Numbered from the stretch's first letter, positions 1-10,783 are shown. The stretch is 64,000 bases of DNA from Spirochaetota bacterium (GCA_043803405.1 JAZDKB010000016.1:16293-80292); one strand, 5' to 3'. Translations and numbers: made by a program. Notes: generated by a model from the letters alone, not told the origin.

Positions 1-1989
1 GTCTTTATTGCCGATATTTGATGTCAGTATAACAATACTGTCCCTGAAGCTGACTGCAGTGCCGAAACTGTCCGAGAGCTCGCCTTCCTCAAGTATCTGC
101 AGAAGTATATTAAATATATCGAAATGAGCTTTTTCGATTTCATCGAAAAGAATGACGGAATATGGCCGCCGCCTTACTTTTTCTGTTAAAAGTCCGCCGC
201 CTTCATATCCCACATAACCCGGAGGAGCACCGATAAGCCTGGAAACCGAATGTCTTTCCATATATTCCGACATATCTAGCCTGATCAGCGAATCTTCATC
301 GTTAAACAGGAAAGCGGAAAGCGCCCTTGCAAGCTCGCTTTTACCGACGCCGGTAGGCCCCAGAAATATAAACGAGCCTATGGGGCCTTTTTTATTCCTA
401 AGGCCGGTTCTCGAACGCCTTATTGCCCTGCTGATCGCGGCAATAGCATGATCCTGGCCGACTATCCTCTTTTTCAGTTCATCTTCCATTGTAAGAAGCT
501 TGCTGGTTTCAGATTCGTTTAATCTTTCGATAGGGATGCCCGTAGACTGCGCTATTACGGCAGTGATGTCATCGATATTAACCGTTACTTCATAATCGTT
601 TATCTTCTGCTGCCAGTCGCCTATCTTAGCGGAAAGAATTTTTTTCTTTAAGTTAATAACATCCCTTACGGCAGCCGCCTGTTCGTATTCCTGTGATAGT
701 ACAAGATTATTTTTATTATAATTAAGCACTTTAAGCTCTTCCTCAAGTATCATAATATCAGGCGGTTTATCACAGTGTTCAAGTTTTGCCTTGGACCCGG
801 CTTCATCAATAATATCTATCGCCTTATCAGGCAAAAATCTTTCGTTAATGTAACGGTTCGAGAAAATCACTGCCTTCTCAATTGCTTCGTCCGTATATTT
901 TACTTTATGATGGATCTCGTATCTCTCTCTTAGACCTTTAAGAATCTGAATTGCCGCTTCAACCGAAGGCTCTCTGACAAGAACAGTCTGGAACCTTCTC
1001 TCGAGCGCCGAATCCCTTTCAATATACTTTTTGTATTCCGATAATGTAGTGGCTCCTATGCACTGGAGTTCTCCTCTGGAAAGAGCAGGCTTCATAATGT
1101 TCGCGGCATCAATGGCGCCTTCAGCGGCACCGGCGCCGATAATAGTGTGAAGCTCGTCAATAAAAATTATTATATTACTTTCATTTTTAATTTCGTTTAT
1201 TATTCTTTTAATCCTGTCCTCGAATTCGCCGCGGAATTTTGTGCCTGCCACTATTGCTGCAATATCAAGCGTCAGCACCACTTTGTTCTGAAGAGGTTCG
1301 GGTATCTGCCTGCTGACTATTCTTTGCGCGAGTCCTTCAACGATTGCAGTTTTTCCTACGCCTGCTTCGCCAATTAATACGGGATTATTCTTGGTCTTTC
1401 TTGATAATATTCTTACTACCCTGTCAATTTCATTGTCTCTTCCTATAACCGGATCAAGTTTGTTTTTTTGCGCCAGTATGGTTAAATTCCTCGAGAATTC
1501 ATCAACAGTCTGTGTTTTGCTTTTAATAGCGGTTTTATCTGCAGGGGTATCTGTATTGCCGGACAGCTTCATTATTTCATTTTTTATCAGATTATAATCT
1601 ACACCGATCTTTATCAAATTATCGATGCCGGCGCATGTTCCATCCTTAAACAAGGCCAAAAGCAGATGCTCTGTACCGATATAGTTACTCATTGTTTTAT
1701 TTGCTTCTGCCCTCGCAAGCTCGACTATTCTGTTAAATTTCATATTAATCGGGACATTTCCAAGCGTAATCGCAGAACCCGATCTTCTTATTGAATATTC
1801 AATTTCTTTTCTCAGCAGGTCGAATCTTAAATCCAGAACCTTAAGGATTCTCGCAGCAACAGAATCATCGTCCTTAAGCAATCCCAGGAATATATGTTCC
1901 GGGCCGATTGAATCGGATTTTAATCTTTTGCCTTCGAACTGGGCGAATACTTCCAGTACTTTTTTTGATCTTTTAGTAAAATTATCCAT
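1..1989 (-). CDS. clpC: ATP-dependent Clp protease ATP-binding subunit ClpC. N-terminal ~660 aa lie in the window; the C-terminus runs past the window start
   Basis: I translated the minus strand from the ATG at 1989. It gives [15 protein letters not shown]... with Clp-N repeats, Walker [16 protein letters not shown], a UVR-like linker ([10 protein letters not shown]), and a second AAA module [15 protein letters not shown]. It runs co-directionally with mcsA and mcsB and overlaps the mcsB stop (ATGGATAA). Confidence 0.85.
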   Translation of the reverse strand, partial: MDNFTKRSKKVLEVFAQFEGKRLKSDSIGPEHIFLGLLKDDDSVAARILKVLDLRFDLLRKEIEYSIRRSGSAITLGNVPINMKFNRIVELARAEANKTMSNYIGTEHLLLALFKDGTCAGIDNLIKIGVDYNLIKNEIMKLSGNTDTPADKTAIKSKTQTVDEFSRNLTILAQKNKLDPVIGRDNEIDRVVRILSRKTKNNPVLIGEAGVGKTAIVEGLAQRIVSRQIPEPLQNKVVLTLDIAAIVAGTKFRGEFEDRIKRIINEIKNESNIIIFIDELHTIIGAGAAEGAIDAANIMKPALSRGELQCIGATTLSEYKKYIERDSALERRFQTVLVREPSVEAAIQILKGLRERYEIHHKVKYTDEAIEKAVIFSNRYINERFLPDKAIDIIDEAGSKAKLEHCDKPPDIMILEEELKVLNYNKNNLVLSQEYEQAAAVRDVINLKKKILSAKIGDWQQKINDYEVTVNIDDITAVIAQSTGIPIERLNESETSKLLTMEDELKKRIVGQDHAIAAISRAIRRSRTGLRNKKGPIGSFIFLGPTGVGKSELARALSAFLFNDEDSLIRLDMSEYMERHSVSRLIGAPPGYVGYEGGGLLTEKVRRRPYSVILFDEIEKAHFDIFNILLQILEEGELSDSFGTAVSFRDSIVILTSNIGNKD

Positions 1990-3046
1990 TAATTGTACTC
2001 CATTCAAACTGATCTCTTAAGTATTTCGCTCTGAAAATATCACCTTCTACGGTATCATAAAACTCTTTTCCGGCAATTCTCTGCAGATGAGACCACTGCA
2101 TATTTATCATCAGTTTATTTACTGACTGTAATTTTAAATTTTTTATAATTGATAAAATTATTCCAAGCCTGATATCTGATAAATAATCCATTGACTCAGC
2201 ATATCCGATTTTTCTGGCATATTTTAAAACTCCGTACGATCTGCCAATCTTGTCCTCCAGCCGGACCTTGTGCCCAGCAACATAATCTTCTCTTGCTTCA
2301 GTCTCAAGAGAAATTATTTTGTCTGAAAATTTTTCGATCTCATTAAGTACAGATGTTTCAGGAATTCCGGCAGACATACTGCTGGATAATATGAAAATAC
2401 TTCCAAATGTTTTTAGCCCTTCATCTTTAAGGCCTTCAATATTCAACCTGCTCAGTTTAACAATTTCAAAAACATCTGTAATTTTCTTTGTTATATATAA
2501 TGCAGGCAAATGAAAGATTACTGTTACTTTAAGCCCGCCTGTGGAAGGATTTGATGTTACAAATCCAGTTTCTTCCGAATAAGCATAAACCGCAAATTTG
2601 TTAAATTCGTCATCCACACTATCGGCAATATTATAAGCCTTAGATATCCCCAAACCCGGCTTCATAACCTGTATTATAAAATGATCTTCATCATTTATAA
2701 GAATGCTGAAATCGTTATTTTCGCCTAAAATAATAAAGGAATTATTTCCGGCTTCAATATTTTCAGTAATTAAATTTCCTTCTCGCAGAAACCTTTTTTC
2801 ATCACTGCCGATTGCATTTAAATCCAGTAATTTAAGATCACTATATTTCGATTTTGTGACAAACTTTTCCGCAATTGACTTAAGCAACCTAACGTTATAT
2901 TCATCCTGTCTGTGAGAAAACGGGATACCGTAAATATTTCGTATTAATCTTATCCCAGTTGAAAATACTATATCGCTAAAAGGCGCATTTCCTTCCCAGA
3001 AGCTTTCTCTTGCAAGAATACGATTATAATTAATATTATACTGCAC
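1982..3046 (-). CDS. mcsB: Protein arginine kinase McsB, in the ATP:guanido phosphotransferase family
   Basis: The 354-aa ORF has a phosphagen-kinase-like core ([23 protein letters not shown]) and sits between mcsA and clpC, overlapping both neighbours as in the Firmicute operon. Confidence 0.8.
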   Translation of the reverse strand: MQYNINYNRILARESFWEGNAPFSDIVFSTGIRLIRNIYGIPFSHRQDEYNVRLLKSIAEKFVTKSKYSDLKLLDLNAIGSDEKRFLREGNLITENIEAGNNSFIILGENNDFSILINDEDHFIIQVMKPGLGISKAYNIADSVDDEFNKFAVYAYSEETGFVTSNPSTGGLKVTVIFHLPALYITKKITDVFEIVKLSRLNIEGLKDEGLKTFGSIFILSSSMSAGIPETSVLNEIEKFSDKIISLETEAREDYVAGHKVRLEDKIGRSYGVLKYARKIGYAESMDYLSDIRLGIILSIIKNLKLQSVNKLMINMQWSHLQRIAGKEFYDTVEGDIFRAKYLRDQFEWSTING

Positions 3047-3563
3047 TTTTATACTCTTTTATTTTATCCCGTAATACAGCGGCATATTCATAGCGTTCTT
3101 CAGTAACTGCCCCATTCAGTTCTTCCTCAAGCTCGCCCAAAGTTTCAAGTTCTTTCAATTGTTTATTATTACCTATTGAACAAGCTTTTGAATCTTCGTA
3201 GATCTCAACAAAAAATATCGGCTTTTTACCAGTGTATTTCTTTTTTTCTCTGCCGGTTGAAGACGATCCTAAAATATTTTTAAAAAAATTATAACAGCTG
3301 GGACATCCCGGCTGCCCGTCGCTGCATAACTGTGCTGCAGTCAAACCGCACTGCGGACACGCACCTGTCACATCTTCATTTACCGATTCATTGTCGATGA
3401 AAGAAAACATACTGTGCAGAGACACGGAGTTACCCTGGTTATCGGGACTTATCTGCATGTTTTTTGCACACTTCAGACAAAGATGCAATTCGCTTTGAAT
3501 TTTATTTGAGATTTCAGTAAGATGCAAAGTAGCTTCTGAATTATCACAATTATCACAAAGCAT
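3036..3563 (-). CDS. mcsA: McsA, the activator of protein arginine kinase, with zinc-finger and UVR domains
   Basis: The 175-aa ORF carries N-terminal CxxC pairs (CDNCDN...CLKCAK, CPQCG...CPSC) and a C-terminal UVR motif (EERYEYAAVLRDKIKEY). It lies immediately upstream of mcsB. Confidence 0.7.
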   Translation of the reverse strand: MLCDNCDNSEATLHLTEISNKIQSELHLCLKCAKNMQISPDNQGNSVSLHSMFSFIDNESVNEDVTGACPQCGLTAAQLCSDGQPGCPSCYNFFKNILGSSSTGREKKKYTGKKPIFFVEIYEDSKACSIGNNKQLKELETLGELEEELNGAVTEERYEYAAVLRDKIKEYKSAV

Positions 3564-3882
3564 ATATACCTCTTTATAATTATATAAAAAAATATTTACG
3601 CACTGTACATTAAAATCGTTTTATGTTTGATTTACAGTATACACGAAAAAATCACGAATGTAAACAATATTTTTTTAAAATAATTAATCGCATATTTTAT
3701 ATATTCAAATTTTTCATTTTGTTATTTTGCCGTAATAAAAATGTATCAGTCATTTTAAATAAACGTCATTTTTTAGCATTGAATAAAAAAAATGTTTTAC
3801 AAAAATATAATTCTGATAAAGACTAGAAATCTTTATTATAAGCGATACGCATAACGGCAAATAAATTAAATAAAAGAATATA

Positions 3883-5127
3883 ATGTTCTGGAAATTTAAA
3901 AAAACAAAACCAAACAGCTTGTTTATATCAATAGGCGGCGGTATAAATCAGATACCATTGATAGAAGAAGCAAAAGAACTCGGGCTTCATACTATCGGAG
4001 TGGATACCAATATTTGCGCCGCCGGAATGCATAAATGCGACATACGCATTCAGGAGTCAATAGTTAATTATAATGAAATTTACGACAAGCTGGAAGAACT
4101 TCTGGTTGAAGGAGAAATAACAGGAGTCCTTACAAAATCATTCGGCCCCGCAATTAAAACAGCTGCTTTCATTGCAGAAAAATTAAATATCCCATTGCTG
4201 CCGTTTAATAAAGCTGACGATCTTATAAATAAAGAAAAAATGAAAAAAATTTTTAAAAATAATAATATAAAATCTCCCGACTTTATAATTTATAATAAAG
4301 AACGTAAGAATGACAAAATTAAATACCCGTTTGTAATAAAACCTGTCATTGGGCACGCTAAAACGAAAGTTGAACTTATCTATAATTTAAAGGATTTCAA
4401 TAATTATACTAAGAATATATCTTTAAAAGATTGTAATTATTTAATCGAAAAATATATTGAAGGCAATGAAATAATTGCTATAGGTATTGTTTATAAAAGT
4501 AAATTTTATTTAGTAGAAATAACCGATAAAACCAAATCTGCGCCCCCTTATTTCGTTGATGTTATGCACATTTCCCCTTCGAAATATATTCACCTGTGGG
4601 AACAAATACAGGAAACAGGACAAAAGGTTGTTGAAAGTTTTGAAATATATACTTCGCCGCTGCTTATGGAACTTATAGTAACTGAAAATGAAGAAATATA
4701 TCTTATAGAGACTGCGCCGGAGTTCGGAGGTGAATTTATCTCCGACATATTGATCCCGGAAAGGACAGGGTATAATATTATTAAAGAATCCATAAAAGCT
4801 GTAATTAATAATAATTTTTCCCCTCCCCCATTGAAAAGGAAATTCAGAAATGCTGTTGTAATTAAATATATTACAGGAACGAAAGGGATTCTTTCATCAT
4901 TTAATCCGATAAAAATAAAATGCCGTGGATTAATATTTTCAAGAATATTCAAGGATATCGGATCAAACATAAGAAGGCCGCAATCCAATCATGACAGAAT
5001 TGGAATCATTGCCGCAAAAGGCCGTACAATCGAAGAAGCAGTCGGCAGGGCTGATGAAGCTGAAAAGCTTTTAAACATCCGGATAACAGATAACGATTTA
5101 GTAACTTCCGATAAAAGGCCTACTTAA
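3883..5127 (+). CDS. ATP-grasp domain protein of unknown specificity, resembling a carboxylate-amine ligase
   Basis: The 414-aa ORF has a pre-ATP-grasp N-terminal region, then the KEKMKKIF...YPFVIKPVIGHAKTKVELI segment typical of the ATP-grasp fold, and the C-terminal ELIETAPEFGGE. Confidence 0.65.
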   Translation: MFWKFKKTKPNSLFISIGGGINQIPLIEEAKELGLHTIGVDTNICAAGMHKCDIRIQESIVNYNEIYDKLEELLVEGEITGVLTKSFGPAIKTAAFIAEKLNIPLLPFNKADDLINKEKMKKIFKNNNIKSPDFIIYNKERKNDKIKYPFVIKPVIGHAKTKVELIYNLKDFNNYTKNISLKDCNYLIEKYIEGNEIIAIGIVYKSKFYLVEITDKTKSAPPYFVDVMHISPSKYIHLWEQIQETGQKVVESFEIYTSPLLMELIVTENEEIYLIETAPEFGGEFISDILIPERTGYNIIKESIKAVINNNFSPPPLKRKFRNAVVIKYITGTKGILSSFNPIKIKCRGLIFSRIFKDIGSNIRRPQSNHDRIGIIAAKGRTIEEAVGRADEAEKLLNIRITDNDLVTSDKRPT

Positions 5128-5340
5128 GTTACTTTGAATTTATTTTACTAGATAATTTCGTTAATGAATAAGTTATGCCCCGCAGAAACAGAAAGTTAAA
5201 ACAAACTGATTCCTCTCTTAACATTTTTATAAACGCATAAAATCCATCATAAATATTATAATTGACATTTTAAATATTAATTGTTTATTATAATTCACGC
5301 TTTTAAAAGTTATTGATGCTAATCTAGAAGGAGCTCATCC

Positions 5341-5880
5341 ATGAATCCGCTTTCCAAAGAAGAACAAAAGAAAAAAGTTATCGAAGTTTTAAATACAGCA
5401 AGATCTATGGAATTGAATGCCATTCATCAATACATGAATCAGCACTATAACGTTGCCGACATGGATTACGGAGAACTTGCTGCAAACCTGAAACTTATAG
5501 CTATAGATGAAATGCGTCACGCGGAATTATTTGCCGAACGCATTAAGGAACTTGAAGGTGAGCCCACTACCGAACCGGCTGCCAAAACCGAGAAAGCGCA
5601 AAAGATTGAAGTAATATTTCCGTTCAACTCCAATCTTGAAGACGACGCGATTACCGCATATAACCGGTTTTTGCTTATTTGCAGGGAGAACGGCGATAGT
5701 ACAAGCATTAAACTTTTTGAAACAATTATTGACGAGGAACAGGAACATTTTAATTATTTCGACAACATAAAAAATCATATAGAAAAATTAGGTTCTTCAT
5801 ACCTTGCCCGCATAGCGGGGACACCGGCAGATACAGGCCCTGCCTCCAAAGGCTTTATAACAGGACCGGTTGCTCAATAA
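5341..5880 (+). CDS. bfr: Bacterioferritin-like ferritin-family protein with a ~25-aa C-terminal extension
   Basis: Two ExxH di-iron motifs are present (DEMRHAELFAERIKELEG and EEQEHFNYFDN) on a four-helix ferritin-like layout. A GGAG ribosome-binding site lies 7 nt upstream of the ATG. Confidence 0.7.
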   Translation: MNPLSKEEQKKKVIEVLNTARSMELNAIHQYMNQHYNVADMDYGELAANLKLIAIDEMRHAELFAERIKELEGEPTTEPAAKTEKAQKIEVIFPFNSNLEDDAITAYNRFLLICRENGDSTSIKLFETIIDEEQEHFNYFDNIKNHIEKLGSSYLARIAGTPADTGPASKGFITGPVAQ

Positions 5881-5920
5881 ATTATAAGATTCAATTAATA
5901 GGATATAAGAGTTAAATTTT

Positions 5921-6514
5921 ATGTGGAAAATCAATATTGTAATTTTATTAGTAACAATTATTTTTACAAATTGTTCAGGGACTAAAGAACCCATTATTAA
6001 AATGGGTACAGAACTCGACAAAACAAAAATGGAAATCTCCGGAGAAACTTCGGTTTTTAAACAAACAGATAATTTTTCATATACGCTCAGCCAGAAAAAA
6101 CCGTTTCAATATCCCGTAATAAACCGCAGGTTTTACAAAGGCAATGTGTATATAGATTTACTGCGCCTGGAAAGCAAGGACATAACTATTGAATCCGGCA
6201 GTAAAAAGATCGGCGAATCCATTCCTGTCTCGCAATTTGTTTTTAAGTACGGCGGCGGCGATTATATGCTGATCTTCGTAGTTAATGAGGAAGTAATTGC
6301 AAAAAAACCGTTTATTATTGAAGGACCGGCTATAAAAGGAGCGAGGTCAGAAGAACAGCCCCGTCAGGAAGGTATGATGCCGCAAATGACAAGTCCGAAT
6401 TTTCCGGAACAGAATAATGCAATTAAAAACATGGAACCTGAAAAAACAATGACACCCCAGCCCGAAAAGATTAAAATGTTAAGCCCGGGCGATATGATGA
6501 AAGATCAGAAATAA
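5921..6514 (+). CDS. Putative lipoprotein with a Met/Pro-rich C-terminal tail
   Basis: The signal peptide ends in a lipobox-like FTNC-S. The C-terminus is Met/Pro/Gln-rich (MMPQM, MTPQPEKIKMLSPGDMM). Confidence 0.45.
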   Translation: MWKINIVILLVTIIFTNCSGTKEPIIKMGTELDKTKMEISGETSVFKQTDNFSYTLSQKKPFQYPVINRRFYKGNVYIDLLRLESKDITIESGSKKIGESIPVSQFVFKYGGGDYMLIFVVNEEVIAKKPFIIEGPAIKGARSEEQPRQEGMMPQMTSPNFPEQNNAIKNMEPEKTMTPQPEKIKMLSPGDMMKDQK

Positions 6515-6520
6515 AATACA

Positions 6521-8203
6521 TCATTCAAACGAAATATTTTCGATTAACCTGTTTTCCGGTTCGTGCCCGGATGTAAGTATTAAATTTGTTTTTTGACTTT
6601 CCTGTGATTCAGGATAATCTGTATTGTAATGCAGCCCCCTGCTTTCTTTTCTTGCAATAGCGCTAATAATAATCAGTTTGGCAACTGTTGCAATGTTTCG
6701 CAGTTCAATTAATTTTGATGATAATGTGCTGCGTCTGTAATAATCCTGTATTTCATCATCCAGAAAAGAGATCCGTCTGAATGCCCTTTGCAGACGAAGA
6801 TCCGATCTTACTATTCCCACATAATCCCACATCAGACGTTTGACTTCATCAAGATCATGCTGTATAAGCACCCATTCCTCAAAATCAAAAGTACCCTCCT
6901 TATCCCATAACGGAAAATCCGGAATTTGAATTTCATGTCCTTTGTTTTTGAGTACATTTGAAGAATGAATAAACGCTCTGTGTGAAAAAACAATTCCTTC
7001 AAGTAAAGAATTGCTTGCCAGACGGTTTGCTCCATGAACGCCTGTGCAGGATGATTCTCCGGAAACATAAAGATTGTTTATTGATGACCGGCCATCAGTG
7101 TCCGAAACAATCCCGCCGCACAAGTAATGAGCTGCAGGTACTACCGGTATCGGATCTTTAGAAATATCTATTCCATGATTGATGCAGTATTCGAATATCC
7201 CGGGAAATCTTTTCACTATGAAATCTTTCCCTCTAAAAGTGATATCAAGATACACGCATTTATCGCCCGATCTTTTTAATTCCATATCAATGGCCCTTGC
7301 CACAATATCGCGCGGGGCAAGATCTTTCAATGGATGAACCTTTTCCATAATAGGTATATTACTGCTATTAATTAATATTGCACCCTCGCCTCTCACTGCC
7401 TCGGATATAAGAAAAGCATTCCCTTCCGGATTATCGGAATAAAGTGCTGTCGGATGGAACTGAAAGAATTCCATGTCTGCAATCATTGCTCCGGCTCTAT
7501 AGGCCATTGTTATTCCATCACCTGTAGCAATATCCGGATTGGTTGTGTGAAGATAGACCTGCCCGGCGCCGCCAGTGGCCAGTAATGTTATCCTGGAATT
7601 AAAGATATGCACAACTTGTGTAGCATTCTCAAGTATATATGCGCCATAGCAGGTTATTGTTTTATCGGATTCTTTTGATTTTGGTTTACACAACTGATGC
7701 TCGGTTAAAAGGTCTACAGCAGTATGATTCTCAAAAATATGAATATTATCAATTTTAGAAATCTTTTCCAGCAGGGCGTTCTCTATTTCTTTTCCGGTTA
7801 AGTCATTCGAATGAACAATTCTGTTATGCGAATGTCCGCCTTCTCTGCCAAGATCAAGTATATCGTTTCCGTTTGAGCTTTTTTTATAACTGAATTTTGT
7901 TCCCCAGTCAATAAGTTCGCTAATTCTTTCCGGACCTTCCCGAACAAGAATTTTAACGGCTTTCTCATTGCATAATCCTGATCCTGAGATAAGCGTATCA
8001 TTTATATGATTTTGAAATGAATCGTCTCCCGACAGCACAGACGCTATCCCGCCCTGGGCATAATTAGTGCTGGAATCATAATCCTGTTTTTTTGTGACGA
8101 TATTGACGCTTCCTTTCTGCGAGGCTTTAATAGCAAATGCAAGACCAGCAATTCCGCTTCCAATAACAAGAAAGTCAGAATAATATCTATTCTGATTGTT
8201 CAT
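6521..8203 (-). CDS. nadB: L-aspartate oxidase
   Basis: The FAD-binding N-terminus reads DFLVIGSGIAGLAFA, followed by YAQGGIA and the succinate-dehydrogenase/fumarate-reductase flavoprotein-like motif HYxxGG, over 560 aa. Confidence 0.85.
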   Translation of the reverse strand: MNNQNRYYSDFLVIGSGIAGLAFAIKASQKGSVNIVTKKQDYDSSTNYAQGGIASVLSGDDSFQNHINDTLISGSGLCNEKAVKILVREGPERISELIDWGTKFSYKKSSNGNDILDLGREGGHSHNRIVHSNDLTGKEIENALLEKISKIDNIHIFENHTAVDLLTEHQLCKPKSKESDKTITCYGAYILENATQVVHIFNSRITLLATGGAGQVYLHTTNPDIATGDGITMAYRAGAMIADMEFFQFHPTALYSDNPEGNAFLISEAVRGEGAILINSSNIPIMEKVHPLKDLAPRDIVARAIDMELKRSGDKCVYLDITFRGKDFIVKRFPGIFEYCINHGIDISKDPIPVVPAAHYLCGGIVSDTDGRSSINNLYVSGESSCTGVHGANRLASNSLLEGIVFSHRAFIHSSNVLKNKGHEIQIPDFPLWDKEGTFDFEEWVLIQHDLDEVKRLMWDYVGIVRSDLRLQRAFRRISFLDDEIQDYYRRSTLSSKLIELRNIATVAKLIIISAIARKESRGLHYNTDYPESQESQKTNLILTSGHEPENRLIENISFE

Positions 8204-8322
8204 CTATAATCCTTTTAATTATTTTATTTCGAAAAATAATATCTGATCAAGTATATTGTTCACAAACTTATCTGTTATCATTCAGGACAACAATTTGTTT
8301 ATATTTGCATTCCGGATGCAAT

Positions 8323-9105
8323 TTATGAGTTGCCGAGAAGATATGAAAAATTATTGAATATTCTTTCTTTAATTTTATTCACATCCTCTTTTCTCAAATC
8401 GGCAAAAAAATTATAAGTATGAATTACGTATTCCGGCAAATTCTTTTTGCCGCGTAAAGGAACCGGTGTAAGAAAGGGCGCGTCTGTTTCAAGCAATACC
8501 CTGTCCAGGGGGACATATTTAGCCGCATCGTGCAAGTCAAATGCCTTATTGTATGTAAGATTCCCTGCAAAAGATATATAAAAACCCAGATCCAGATATT
8601 CTTTTAACACACTGCTGTCGCCGGAAAAACAATGCATAAGCCCGACCTTGGGCGTGTTCTTTTTTAATATGGTCAACGTATCGTCTTTTGCGTTTCTTGA
8701 ATGTATAATAACAGGTAAGTTATTTTTTTTTGCTTCATTAAGCTGGTATTCAAAAGATCTGATCTGCGATTCCTTAGGCTGGCGCATTCTGAAATAATCC
8801 AGACCGATTTCACCGATGCCGAAGAGTTTATTTCTGTCGCCGGAGTCGATTACTTTCCGAACGAATCCTGATAATCCTGCGAGATCATTTTCAGAAGCCT
8901 TTGTTGAAGGATGGATGCCGATTGTAAAAAAAATGCCTTCATGCTTTTTTGCTAACTTATATGACCATTCAAATATTTCCGGTTCTATGGATATTTGAAC
9001 CGCAAATTTAATGTTCATCTTATTTAAGCGGGATATTAATTCCTCTTCCGTCAAAGAACTTTCTTCAAGGCACATATCAAAGTGAGTATGACTATCAATA
9101 AACAT
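8323..9105 (-). CDS. tatD: TatD family metal-dependent hydrolase (DNase)
   Basis: The ORF starts MFIDSHTHFD, contains the IGEIGLDY and VIIHSR motifs, and is 260 aa long. Confidence 0.85.
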   Translation of the reverse strand: MFIDSHTHFDMCLEESSLTEEELISRLNKMNIKFAVQISIEPEIFEWSYKLAKKHEGIFFTIGIHPSTKASENDLAGLSGFVRKVIDSGDRNKLFGIGEIGLDYFRMRQPKESQIRSFEYQLNEAKKNNLPVIIHSRNAKDDTLTILKKNTPKVGLMHCFSGDSSVLKEYLDLGFYISFAGNLTYNKAFDLHDAAKYVPLDRVLLETDAPFLTPVPLRGKKNLPEYVIHTYNFFADLRKEDVNKIKERIFNNFSYLLGNS

Positions 9106-9260
9106 TAATATGTATCCTAATTATTTTTTAGCTAAATAATACTTAAAACAAAGCCGCAGAGATTCCAGGACATAAACAAAATCCGATCATATAAGAATTA
9201 TATAATTCTTCTGTCTTCAGGTCTCTGCGGCAAATATAATTTTAAACTCTGCGACCAATC

Positions 9261-10544
9261 TTATGCTTTTTCCAGCAGCATTGCCATGCCCTGTCCGCCG
9301 CCGATGCAAAGACTTGCCAGTCCGAGTTCATGGTTGCCTCTCTGCATTAAGCCGACAAGCGTTACGATTAAACGTGCGCCGGAGCAGCCTACCGGATGTC
9401 CGATCGATACACCGCTGCCGACTATGTTTGTTTTATCCATGTCTGCTTTTAGTTCTCTTACGCAAGAGATTGCCTGTGCGGCAAAAGCTTCGTTAAGTTC
9501 AATCACGCCAATGTCTTTTATGGTAACTCCGGTTTTCTTGAATATCTTTCTGACTGCAGGCACAGGGCCGAGTCCCATATAAGCCGGATCAAGACCACCG
9601 GAAGCGAACGCTTTTACTTTTGCCAGAGGTTTAAGCCCTAGTTCTTTTGCCTTCTTATCGCTCATAAGAAGAACAGCAGCTGCAGCATCATTAATGCCGG
9701 ATGCATTTCCAGCAGTTATTGATCCGTCTTTCTTGAACGCCGGTTTCAATTCGGACATCTTTTCCAAGGTTGTATCCATCGGTCTTTCATCCGTATCAAA
9801 AACAAGCGGATTTCCTTTCTTTTGAGGTATAACTACAGGTATTATTTCATTTTTAAAAAGGCCTTCTTTAATGGCTTTTCTTGCACGCGCATGACTGAGT
9901 ACGCCGAGTTCATCCTGTTCTTTGCGGCTGATGCCGTATTTTGCAGCTATATTCTCAGCAGTAATACCCATATGGTATCCGTAGAAAATTTCATAAAGAC
10001 CGTCAAATACCATTAAATCTACAAGATCAACATTATTCATTCTTGCGCCCCAACGAGCTGCCGGTAATGCATATGGAACTAAACTCATATTTTCCTGCCC
10101 GCCTGCAAGAACAACCTCAGCGTCTCCTGCTTTAATCGACTGAGCGCCAAGCGCGATTGCCTTTAAGCCTGAAGCGCAAACTTTACTTACAGTAAAGGCT
10201 GGGGTTTCTTTAGGAATGCCTGCCATGATTGCAGACTGTCTTGCCGGATTTTGTCCAAGCCCTGATGCTAATACATTCCCCATAAGAACTTCATCAATCT
10301 CAACCGGTTTAAGAGAATCGCTGTAATCATAACCTTTCTTTTCTAAAGGAATCATACCGACACCTTTTAGTGAATCAGGTTCAAATTGAGTAAGATTATT
10401 CGTAGCAACAGGTTTTAAACCAGCTTTTTTAAGAACACCATTCAGTACTAAAGAACCGAGTTGAATTGCAGGCGTTGCCTTTAATGTGCCTCCGAACGAT
10501 CCTACTGCAGTTCTTGCAACAGATACTATTACAACATCTCCCAT
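9261..10544 (-). CDS. Acetyl-CoA C-acetyltransferase (thiolase)
   Basis: The thiolase N-terminus reads VVIVSVARTAVGSFGG. The active-site regions are present (VCASGLKAI, NEAFAAQ, GHPVGCSGARL, and the C-terminal CIGGGQG). Confidence 0.85.
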   Translation of the reverse strand: MGDVVIVSVARTAVGSFGGTLKATPAIQLGSLVLNGVLKKAGLKPVATNNLTQFEPDSLKGVGMIPLEKKGYDYSDSLKPVEIDEVLMGNVLASGLGQNPARQSAIMAGIPKETPAFTVSKVCASGLKAIALGAQSIKAGDAEVVLAGGQENMSLVPYALPAARWGARMNNVDLVDLMVFDGLYEIFYGYHMGITAENIAAKYGISRKEQDELGVLSHARARKAIKEGLFKNEIIPVVIPQKKGNPLVFDTDERPMDTTLEKMSELKPAFKKDGSITAGNASGINDAAAAVLLMSDKKAKELGLKPLAKVKAFASGGLDPAYMGLGPVPAVRKIFKKTGVTIKDIGVIELNEAFAAQAISCVRELKADMDKTNIVGSGVSIGHPVGCSGARLIVTLVGLMQRGNHELGLASLCIGGGQGMAMLLEKA

Positions 10545-10757
10545 AATAATTTCTCCTTTAATTTAGTTATAATAGCAACGAAGACAAAAAGGCAAATAAA
10601 ATCAATTAAATTTTGATATTTATAAAATTATTTGTGAATGATTATTTTAAATTAAAACCTTAAAATTTATACTTTTCCACAGGATTTCTGTAAATTTTAA
10701 AAAAAAAGAATGATGTTTGAAAATATGATTGACTTTTTACATTATTTATTCTACCGA

Positions 10758-10783
10758 CCAATCGATAGCTAATCGATTCGATA
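10758..10783. promoter_or_regulatory. Candidate operator in the thiolase/acyl-CoA-ligase divergent region, with ATCGAT-N6-ATCGAT spacing followed by a TCGATA half
   Basis: Two perfect ATCGAT palindromic hexamers sit at 10761-10766 and 10772-10777, with a third half-site at 10778-10783, in the 327-bp divergent intergenic region. Confidence 0.3.

Noticed and set aside
1147-1597. Plus-strand ORFs 1147-1377 and 1391-1597
   Set aside because: They lie antisense inside the well-supported clpC coding region, and their translations are low-complexity with no motifs.
3623-3826. 67-aa ORF upstream of the ATP-grasp gene, considered as a possible RiPP precursor
   Set aside because: Its composition (F/I/K/N-rich) is what AT-rich non-coding DNA yields. 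It has no RBS, no leader/core organisation, and it sits in the mcsA divergent promoter region.
4590-4988. Antisense ORFs inside annotated genes, in regions 4590-4988, 13299-13916, 19747-20418, 23744-24211, 40127-41038, 46606-47547 and 59120-60427
   Set aside because: Each is on the opposite strand of a gene with strong motif support, and they show skewed composition and no motifs. They are treated as shadow ORFs.
5748-5880. C-terminal extension of the bacterioferritin-like protein, considered as an encapsulin cargo-loading peptide
   Set aside because: It does not match the GSLxIGSLK-type targeting consensus, and no HK97-fold shell gene is present in the window. It is retained only as a low-interest note.
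8296-8312. TTGCATTCCGGATGCAA hairpin downstream of tatD
   Set aside because: It is an imperfect short stem with no U-tract on either strand, and there is insufficient evidence for function.
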